Below, one piece after another: positions 25,688-32,000 of a stretch of 32,000 bases of DNA (positions within the stretch are counted from its first letter, which is position 1; every line of letters starts with the position of its first letter). The position numbers and the translations under genes were made by a program. The notes beneath the pieces were generated by a model that worked only from the letters and a program-made list of their open reading frames with translations, made no database searches and was not told where the DNA came from. This DNA comes from Microcystis aeruginosa NIES-2549 (GTDB lineage: Bacteria; Cyanobacteriota; Cyanobacteriia; Cyanobacteriales; Microcystaceae). The stretch spans positions 1,890,001-1,922,000 of the forward strand of contig NZ_CP011304.1 in the NCBI RefSeq assembly GCF_000981785.2, written 5' to 3'.

Positions 25688-25743
25688 CTGATAACTGATA
25701 ACTGATAACTGATAACTGATAACTGATAACTGATAACTGATAG
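25688..25743. repeat. (CTGATAA)n heptamer array, about 8 copies, abutting the glgC stop codon
   Basis: Seven perfect copies plus one partial copy, read directly. The array ends 1 nt from the glgC stop. Confidence 0.9.
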
Positions 25744-25744
25744 A

Positions 25745-27034
25745 TTAAATTACTGTCCCGTCGGGAATAGTGGCATTTTTGAAAATAACCACGATGCCGC
25801 TGCGAACATAGAAACCTAAATCTTCGCGATTAGCTTCTTCCACACGATCTTTGTTAACAATTAAAACGTTGGCACCAATGCGAGCATTTTTGTCCACAAT
25901 TGCCCGACGAATAGTGGAACCCGGGCCGATACCCACGGGAACTTTGCCATTTCCGATGAGACCTTCCCGTTCGGGGAAAGACTCATAAAAGTCGGCTCCC
26001 ATCAGCATTGTATCCTCGATCGTGCAGTCTTTGCCGACTCGACTACGAATACCTAAAATCGAGTGATGGATGCGAGATTCTTTGAGAATACAACCTTCAG
26101 AAATCATCGATTCTGTCACCGTACAATTGAGCATTTTTGTGGGTGGCAGATAGCGAGAACGGGTATAGATGGGGGCTTTTTCGTCGTAGAAACTAAAGGC
26201 GGGATTGGGTTGTTGGGTCAGGGCGAGATTAGACTCATAAAAGGCTTCAATCGTCCCGATATCCTCCCAGTAACCCTTAAATAAATAAGCCTGAAGATTG
26301 TAGTCTTTAGCCGCCGAGGGAATAATTTCCTTGCCGAAATCGGTCTGTTCTTTATTGGCATCGAGCAGATCGATTAAAACATTCTTTTTAAAGACATAAA
26401 TTCCCATGGAAGCAATGTAGGGACTTTGACGAGCTTGGTCGGGAGTTAAGCCTAAAATCGTCGTATCTACCCGCATTCTTTCCAATTCTGGCCCTTTGGG
26501 TTTCTCATAAAAATCGACAATTCGCCCCGAATCATTAATTTTCATCACCCCAAAAGCGGAGGCCCGACGTTCATCGATGGGAACCACTGATAAAGTGATA
26601 TCGGCGTTGGTTTCCCGATGGCGTTCGATGAACTTGCTGTAGTCCATGCGATAGAGATGATCTCCCGAGAGAATCAGATATTCATCGATATCCCAATCCT
26701 TCATCGTCCAAATATACTGTCGTACCGCGTCGGCCGTGCCTTGGAACCATTGAGGATTTTCCATGGTTTGTTGAGCAGCCAAAACTTCCACGAAACCATC
26801 ACTAAAACCCGTAAAATTATAGGTACGATTGAGGTGACGATTGAGGGAAGCGGAATTAAATTGCGTCAACACATAGATTTTGTCAATCTGGGAGTTAATA
26901 CAATTGCTGACGGGAATATCGATTAAGCGATATTTTCCCGCTAGGGGGACGGCAGGTTTTGCCCGCAGTTTCGTTAACGGATAAAGGCGAGTTCCGGCCC
27001 CGCCACCTAAGATAATAGCTAATACTTTTTTCAC
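25745..27034 (-). CDS. glgC: Glucose-1-phosphate adenylyltransferase
   Basis: [27 protein letters not shown] at the N-terminus, with a left-handed beta-helix C-terminal domain. The GTG at 27034 with a GAGGG 9 nt upstream gives 429 aa. The track's start at 27070 is a TTG. Confidence 0.9.
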   Translation of the reverse strand: MKKVLAIILGGGAGTRLYPLTKLRAKPAVPLAGKYRLIDIPVSNCINSQIDKIYVLTQFNSASLNRHLNRTYNFTGFSDGFVEVLAAQQTMENPQWFQGTADAVRQYIWTMKDWDIDEYLILSGDHLYRMDYSKFIERHRETNADITLSVVPIDERRASAFGVMKINDSGRIVDFYEKPKGPELERMRVDTTILGLTPDQARQSPYIASMGIYVFKKNVLIDLLDANKEQTDFGKEIIPSAAKDYNLQAYLFKGYWEDIGTIEAFYESNLALTQQPNPAFSFYDEKAPIYTRSRYLPPTKMLNCTVTESMISEGCILKESRIHHSILGIRSRVGKDCTIEDTMLMGADFYESFPEREGLIGNGKVPVGIGPGSTIRRAIVDKNARIGANVLIVNKDRVEEANREDLGFYVRSGIVVIFKNATIPDGTVI

Positions 27035-27183
27035 GCGCGTAACCCTCGCGATTGGCTGTTTCCTTCTCAAAGTAAGTGTAGGATGATAGCGTACCTTATT
27101 GATAGAGGGGAAACAAAAATCTAGATCTAAAAGTCATCAAGAGGGAATTGATCGGAGTCTTTGCGGATAAATTCGCTAAAATC

Positions 27184-28605
27184 ATGAATTTCTGGGCTAA
27201 ATCATTAATATTCACCTTTTTTCTCCCTTTACCGTACCTAATGCCCGCCACGGTGACTGGCGATCGCTGTTCCTGGTTAGCCCAAAGTTCCGATGTACAA
27301 ACTTTCGGTAAACAGGGACAAAGCGGAAAAGCTGGCAAGATCGGCAGCCAAGGCAAAAATAGTGACAGTTTAACCCTTTTTCTCGATGGTTCTCCCCTAA
27401 AACTCGATATTTCAGGACAAAAAGGGGTCGATGGTGAAAATGGCAGCAATGGCAGCGAGGGCAACTGTAGCGGTCAACCGGGCAACGTCACACGAAATCT
27501 CCAGGCGGCCGGTGGTGGTAACGGTGGCAATGGGGGTAATGGGGGTGATGGGGGCAATGGCGGCGCTTTAACCCTCTATGCCACTAATTTAGATTTTTTA
27601 AGACAAGTAACGGTCAATGCGGCCGGAGGCGCCGGGGGTTTTGGGGGTCAAGGAGGCCAGGGGGGCAAGGGTTGTCGCTGTTCCCGACCTTTCTGGACAA
27701 TTCAAACCTGCAGCGGTAGGCCGGGTGATGCCAATTATAGCTGTACCACTAGAGAATTTAGCTGTCAGGATGGTCTGGATGGGGCGACGGGTAATAGTGG
27801 TCGTAACGGTCGCGGGGGACGTTTAGGACAGTTAACTTTAATTCAAATCGATCGCCCTTTAACTGCCGATCAACCGAGCGCAACTGTTCCCCTTTCGGAG
27901 TTAAAAGAACGGGGTTATATTCTCTCTAAAAATAGTTGGGAAACTCGCACCGGGGCAGTGTCTTTATTTGCCCCCGGTTCCCTGATCGATGATCAATATC
28001 GGATTTTAGTAGATCGATCGGAACGTTCTTTTATTTTAATTTGGAATGCGCCCCAAGAGTTTAACCGGTTTGCTAATCAGCGTTTTACTTTAACCCTCGA
28101 TGCTCAAAAGGAAATGAGGGTAACTGTCCCCAGTGAATTGTGGATCGAGGGAACCACTCAAAAACGCAATAATGTTACGGAATTTGTCGTTTATAATGCT
28201 GTTTTTGAACGAGATGTCACCCAATTAGAAGCAAAAGGTATTACAGGAAATGGTACTGATTTAAGGCTTTTTCTTGAAGATAAAGCTTCCCAATCGAATT
28301 TAATCGGCACTAAATTTAAAGTGCGTTATCGCGTCACTCGTTGGCAAGCAGACGACCTGCAAACCAGTCCTAGGACTGATTTTGTCACTCGTTATGAAGG
28401 AGATATGCCTGCTAATTTGGTCCGACAGGAGGGCAATCAATTTATTCTCGATATCGGTCAATTACCCTTACCTGTGGAATCTTTGCGATCGGGTACAGGG
28501 ATAGAAATCGAGTTACTTGCTACTCGTTCTTTTGCTGGTTATTCCAAAGAACAAAAAATCGTCATCCGCGACACGATTAAGGGGGCAAATATCCCACGGA
28601 GATAA
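27184..28605 (+). CDS. Secreted glycine-rich protein with collagen-like GXY/GGN runs, a Cys-rich knot and a ~280-aa C-terminal domain
   Basis: Hydrophobic N-terminus from the ATG at 27184 (MNFWAKSLIFTFFLPLPYLMPA). Runs of GKQGQSGKAGKIGSQGKN, GQKGVDGENGSNGSEGN, GGGNGGNGGNGGDGGNGG, GGAGGFGGQGGQGGKG and GLDGATGNSGRNGRGGRLG. I do not recognise the family. Confidence 0.7.
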   Translation: MNFWAKSLIFTFFLPLPYLMPATVTGDRCSWLAQSSDVQTFGKQGQSGKAGKIGSQGKNSDSLTLFLDGSPLKLDISGQKGVDGENGSNGSEGNCSGQPGNVTRNLQAAGGGNGGNGGNGGDGGNGGALTLYATNLDFLRQVTVNAAGGAGGFGGQGGQGGKGCRCSRPFWTIQTCSGRPGDANYSCTTREFSCQDGLDGATGNSGRNGRGGRLGQLTLIQIDRPLTADQPSATVPLSELKERGYILSKNSWETRTGAVSLFAPGSLIDDQYRILVDRSERSFILIWNAPQEFNRFANQRFTLTLDAQKEMRVTVPSELWIEGTTQKRNNVTEFVVYNAVFERDVTQLEAKGITGNGTDLRLFLEDKASQSNLIGTKFKVRYRVTRWQADDLQTSPRTDFVTRYEGDMPANLVRQEGNQFILDIGQLPLPVESLRSGTGIEIELLATRSFAGYSKEQKIVIRDTIKGANIPRR

Positions 28606-28727
28606 GTCAAAAAAGTTCCCTTCCCCTTTCTCCGGTGCAGTCTTAACCAGTAATTTAGATAGCCAACTTAAGTAGCTGGTTATAATTAAATTAAAAATAG
28701 ATTTTAGGTTCGATCCCCCCTTAGTCC

Positions 28728-28770
28728 TAGGGTTGATTCATAGTAGGGTTGATTCATGAATCAACCCTAC
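28728..28770. repeat. Palindromic MITE-like element, copy 1
   Basis: A half-copy TAGGGTTGATTCATAG is followed by the perfect 28-bp palindrome GTAGGGTTGATTCATGAATCAACCCTAC (28743-28770). Direct CCCTTAGTCC copies flank it at 28718-28727 and 28770-28779; the second copy shares its first C with the end of the palindrome. Confidence 0.75.
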
Positions 28771-28906
28771 CCTTAGTCCCCCCTTGATAAGGGTGGTGTC
28801 TGATAATTTTTAACGCCTACCTACTTACCAAAAGGCTCTAAAATATGTTGAGAGGAAGACCGGTTCTTCTCTGGGGAAACCCAGAGAATGTCCCGATCAG
28901 CGATCA

Positions 28907-29935
28907 ATGGCTACCCTGAAGGAGAAAATCAAGGGAAAGATGGGCAGTATTTTAAGTGTGGCTCCGATGATGGATTATACCGATCGCCATTTTCGCTATT
29001 TTTTGCGACAAATTAGCCGTCGTCCCCTTCTCTACACGGAAATGATCACAACGATGGCGATTAAACACGGCGATCGCTATAAGTTGCTGGGGTTCTCCCT
29101 AGCAGAAAAACCTCTAGCTTTGCAGTTAGGGGGTGATAATCCCTATCTTTTGGCAGAATGCGCTAAAATAGCCGAAGATATGGGTTATGACGAGGTAAAT
29201 CTCAATGTGGGTTGTCCTAGTTCTCGGGTAAAAGAGGGCAATTTCGGCGCTTGTTTGATGGCTAACCCGGAATTAGTCGCGAGGGGAATATCGGCAATGA
29301 ATCAAGCTGTATCGATTCCCGTGACTGTAAAACAGAGAATTGGCATTGATGATCAGGATAGTTACGAAAATATGGTCAATTTTGTCCGTATTGTCGCGGA
29401 TGCGGGTTGTCAACGTTTTACCATCCATGCGCGCAAAGCTTGGTTACAGGGATTAAGTCCCAAGGAAAATCGCACCGTCCCCCCCCTGCGTTACGATGAT
29501 GTTTATCGCCTAAAAAATCAGTTTCCCCATTTGTTTATTGAAATTAATGGCGGTATCATTAATTTAGAACAGGCTAGACAACATTTACAATTAGTAGATG
29601 CAGTTATGATCGGTCGGGCAGCCTACGATAATCCCTATTTATTTGCCACAGTCGATCGAGATTTTTATGGGGAATCGGTTACTCCTCCTACCCGGGAAGA
29701 AGTAATCAAAAAAATGCTTCCCTATATCGATGAGTGGGTGAGTAAAGGTTATAAATTACACCAGATCAGCAAACATCTTTTACAGCTTTTTGCCGGTCAG
29801 CCCGGAACTAAGGTCTGGAAACGTTATATTAGTGAAAATAGCCATTTTCCTGGGGCTGATTCTGGGGTAATCTGGCAAGCTTTACAGCAGGTAAACTCCC
29901 TAAATGATCTGGCTAATCTGTCAGCTTCCCATTGA
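28907..29935 (+). CDS. dusA: tRNA-dihydrouridine(20/20a) synthase
   Basis: VAPMMDYTDRHFRYF, LQLGG, NLNVGCPS and the HARKAWL motifs of the DusA family. Confidence 0.88.
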   Translation: MATLKEKIKGKMGSILSVAPMMDYTDRHFRYFLRQISRRPLLYTEMITTMAIKHGDRYKLLGFSLAEKPLALQLGGDNPYLLAECAKIAEDMGYDEVNLNVGCPSSRVKEGNFGACLMANPELVARGISAMNQAVSIPVTVKQRIGIDDQDSYENMVNFVRIVADAGCQRFTIHARKAWLQGLSPKENRTVPPLRYDDVYRLKNQFPHLFIEINGGIINLEQARQHLQLVDAVMIGRAAYDNPYLFATVDRDFYGESVTPPTREEVIKKMLPYIDEWVSKGYKLHQISKHLLQLFAGQPGTKVWKRYISENSHFPGADSGVIWQALQQVNSLNDLANLSASH

Positions 29936-29950
29936 TTTATTTTCTTTTCT

Positions 29951-30763
29951 ATGATTACCCAATCCTCAATTACTGCTGGGGTAAAAAATTCAGCTATGGC
30001 GGATTTTGTTTATCAACCTCCCCCGGCAGCTATCACAGCTAAACGTATTTTAATTAAACCTAATTTAGGTTATCCTGTGCCACCACCAGTAACGGTTAGT
30101 TTGCCGGTATTAACTGGAGTTTTGCGGGGATTGAGAGGGGTAAATCCAGGGGCAGAAATTATCTTGGTAGAGGGAGTATGTTCGGCTATTTCTTTGAGAG
30201 AAATTATCGATATTTTGGGCGTAAAATCTATTCTCGATCCTGGAATAACTATTCTTGATGCTGATAGTTTACCTCAGCAAGAATATCCGAATCTTTCCCC
30301 TTTTCCTGTCCGTTTTCCCTCGATGTTTGCCCCTAAAATTATCGAAGAAGTGGATTGTCGGATCACGATTGGAACCTTAAAACGCACCCATTTAAAGGAT
30401 AAACCCCTGATTTCTGCTTCTTTAAAAAATCTCTATGGACTCTTTCCCCGTAGTCATTATAAAGCGCGTAGTCCTAACTCGCGGGGGCAATTACATCGCC
30501 CCTCCGTACCGCTAATTTTACAGGATGTTTATTTTTGTATCGGTCATCTTTTTGATGGGGCAGTGGTGGACGCTAATCTCAAATATTTTAGTAGTAATTG
30601 GCGACCGGATCGAGGAAAATCTATTCCTCTCGGTCAAGTATTTTGGGGTGATGATATGATTAGCGTGGATCGCAGTGCTTGCCTCTTGGGTGATGAACCG
30701 ATGCCGAGTTATTTAGATGCGATCGATTTGCTTCGTTCTCAACTTTTAAACGGAACCAATTAG
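29951..30763 (+). CDS. DUF362-domain protein
   Basis: ILIKPNLGYP...GAEIILVEG resembles the DUF362 N-terminal pattern. The gene starts 15 nt after dusA. Confidence 0.6.
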   Translation: MITQSSITAGVKNSAMADFVYQPPPAAITAKRILIKPNLGYPVPPPVTVSLPVLTGVLRGLRGVNPGAEIILVEGVCSAISLREIIDILGVKSILDPGITILDADSLPQQEYPNLSPFPVRFPSMFAPKIIEEVDCRITIGTLKRTHLKDKPLISASLKNLYGLFPRSHYKARSPNSRGQLHRPSVPLILQDVYFCIGHLFDGAVVDANLKYFSSNWRPDRGKSIPLGQVFWGDDMISVDRSACLLGDEPMPSYLDAIDLLRSQLLNGTN

Positions 30764-30804
30764 GGTTAATAATTCTTGGCTAAAATAGGCAAACACTTGT
30801 ATTA

Positions 30805-30822
30805 AATAAGCTCTGGCTTATT
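30805..30822 (+). terminator. Putative intrinsic terminator after the DUF362 gene
   Basis: AATAAGC-tctg-GCTTATT followed by ATTTCT. The U-tract is weak. Confidence 0.35.
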
Positions 30823-30914
30823 ATTTCTACTGCAAAGCCTTCCGCTCCTAGGCTGACATGACGCTAAAATCCTGTTTAAAAAATATACAGGAGAGTGGGG
30901 ATCACCGGAGCGGG

Positions 30915-30960
30915 GTAGGGTTGATTCATGAATCAACCCTACCTTGAATCAACCTACTAT
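30915..30960. repeat. Palindromic MITE-like element, copy 2, inverted relative to copy 1
   Basis: The identical 28-bp palindrome lies at 30915-30942, followed by the half-copy CTTGAATCAACCTACTAT. GAGCGG is present on both flanks. Confidence 0.75.
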
Positions 30961-31099
30961 GAGAGCGGAGGGGGGGAACAGTCCATAACTGGGTTTTTAT
31001 GGAAGGGAGCGCGGTAGGGTTTGACATTCTCAAAGATTAACCAATTGTCGGTTAAAGCAACTGCTCTTTAGGTTGCCCAAAACCCCCCTCGGTGAGCGG

Positions 31100-31450
31100 T
31101 TATGCGTCTATCCAGATGCTGCCGTCTTCGATGCGAAGGGGATAAACGGGTAAAGCTTGGGGTTGAGAAACTGCCGCCATCGCTTTGTTAACCACAGGGG
31201 GCCAGGTAATCCAGTCCTTGACAGCACCAGTACAGAGATCAAAAGAACTACGATGCCAGGGACAAACGATCGCGCCGTCCTCGCTAATTTTGCCTTTCGT
31301 CATCGATAATTTTAAATGAGGACAACGATTACCGACGGCGTGGAATTGACCGTTATTGTTAATCAAGAGAATGGAATTTTCCCCCACTTTTACCACTTGA
31401 CGGGCGCCGGGGGCAAGGGAATCTACAGATAGTACTTTTGTCCAACTCAT
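31100..31450 (-). CDS. Rieske [2Fe-2S] domain protein
   Basis: CPH (CPHLKLSM) and CPWH (CPWHRSSF) cluster ligand motifs, in 116 aa. Confidence 0.85.
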   Translation of the reverse strand: MSWTKVLSVDSLAPGARQVVKVGENSILLINNNGQFHAVGNRCPHLKLSMTKGKISEDGAIVCPWHRSSFDLCTGAVKDWITWPPVVNKAMAAVSQPQALPVYPLRIEDGSIWIDA

Positions 31451-31458
31451 ATTTTTAT

Positions 31459-32000
31459 TTAACTAAGGGAGAGATCGAGAATGGTTTCGGGGTAATTTTG
31501 GGCAATAATATCCTGTTTAGCCCATTGTTGGTAATCTTGCAACAATTGACTCATTAAACGCTGTTTAATCCGCAATAAAACCCCTTTTAGGAGACTATTG
31601 CCGGTGATTTCTAACAACGGACGCGGGGTTAACCATAATGGCGGTGGTAGGGCGACTTTCACCTCAAGATTGGCTTTCCCCGCTAGATAGGTTTGATTAT
31701 TTTTTTCCACCGGAGCGAGTTTGCCTTGAACATTGAGGCTAAAGCGATCGTTGATATAATCAATACCTTTGATCTGACAGTCTTCTGATTGCAAAAATAC
31801 CGTCCCCCCAGAGGTGGCCCAGACATTGAGAATAACTGTGGGCTGAAAATAGTACAGATCCAAGAAGTTGAGGGGACGCATTTTTAGGCGAAACCGATTC
31901 TCAGACAAGTGTTCTGTTAAGCTAGTCTCAACGATAGCCTGTACTAATCTTTGCGGTTGGCGCAGATAATGCTGAATCGGGATGGTTTGTTCAGCAACAA
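31459..32000 (-). CDS. DUF1997-family protein; the 5' end runs off the window
   Basis: The track's M at 31908 is a TTG. The same frame stays open to 32000 and reads ...VAEQTIPIQHYLRQPQRLVQAIVETSLTEHLSENRFRLKMRPLNF..., a typical DUF1997 N-terminal region. Confidence 0.65.
   Translation of the reverse strand, partial: VAEQTIPIQHYLRQPQRLVQAIVETSLTEHLSENRFRLKMRPLNFLDLYYFQPTVILNVWATSGGTVFLQSEDCQIKGIDYINDRFSLNVQGKLAPVEKNNQTYLAGKANLEVKVALPPPLWLTPRPLLEITGNSLLKGVLLRIKQRLMSQLLQDYQQWAKQDIIAQNYPETILDLSLS

Noticed and set aside
27096-27464. 122-aa ORF antisense to the 5' end of the glycine-rich gene
   Set aside because: It is a P/L/S-rich mirror translation of the GXY-coding repeats and overlaps the better-supported plus-strand ORF and the glgC-side intergenic region.
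28701-28727. A GGTTCGATCCCCCC T-loop-like string suggesting a tRNA or a tRNA-3' att remnant
   Set aside because: The flanking bases cannot form a T-stem, and there is no acceptor, D or anticodon arm upstream, only AT-rich sequence. It is not a tRNA fragment.
28907-29935. dusA as a known integration hotspot for genomic islands
   Set aside because: DusA-specific integrases target the dusA 5' end and leave an integrase next to it. No integrase or island is present here and dusA is intact.

Overview
The window is a cyanobacterial chromosomal segment. HIP1 octamers (GCGATCGC) are frequent in the core genes, and CTGATAA-type heptamer arrays and small palindromic MITE-like repeats sit in the intergenic regions. 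The IS load and repeat types fit Microcystis, but I cannot confirm that without a database search. Core genes present: PfkB/adenosine kinase, an SDR oxidoreductase, an ABC-2 exporter pair, cpcF and cpcE, pyruvate kinase, an SLH/OprB porin, ycf66 followed by two TolB-like lipoprotein genes, a patatin-like lipase, glgC, dusA, a DUF362 gene, a Rieske protein and a DUF1997 protein. Accessory content is heavy. (1) A truncated-by-window small parA sits next to a ~600-bp array of palindromic iteron/centromere-like repeats. (2) An IS1-family element and an IS630-family element lie side by side; both have resolvable inverted repeats and target-site duplications, and both need a -1 shift at a poly-A run. 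(3) An IS5-family element splits a small membrane-protein cluster (TM2/SHOCT/HhH). (4) A tnpA-less IS200/IS605 tnpB has an intact RuvC triad. (5) The most interesting item is a 2.5-kb controller-REase-MTase restriction-modification cassette with no recombinase. It is inserted into a DUF29 gene between cpcE and cpcF, is bounded by an exact 13-bp direct repeat, contains no HIP1 site, and has an REase ORF interrupted by one in-frame TAA. Other items worth a look are a secreted protein built from collagen-like GXY/GGN runs, a Yfr1-type complementary site on the porin leader, and an inverted pair of 28-bp palindromic elements flanking dusA-DUF362. No rRNA, tRNA or CRISPR array was found.
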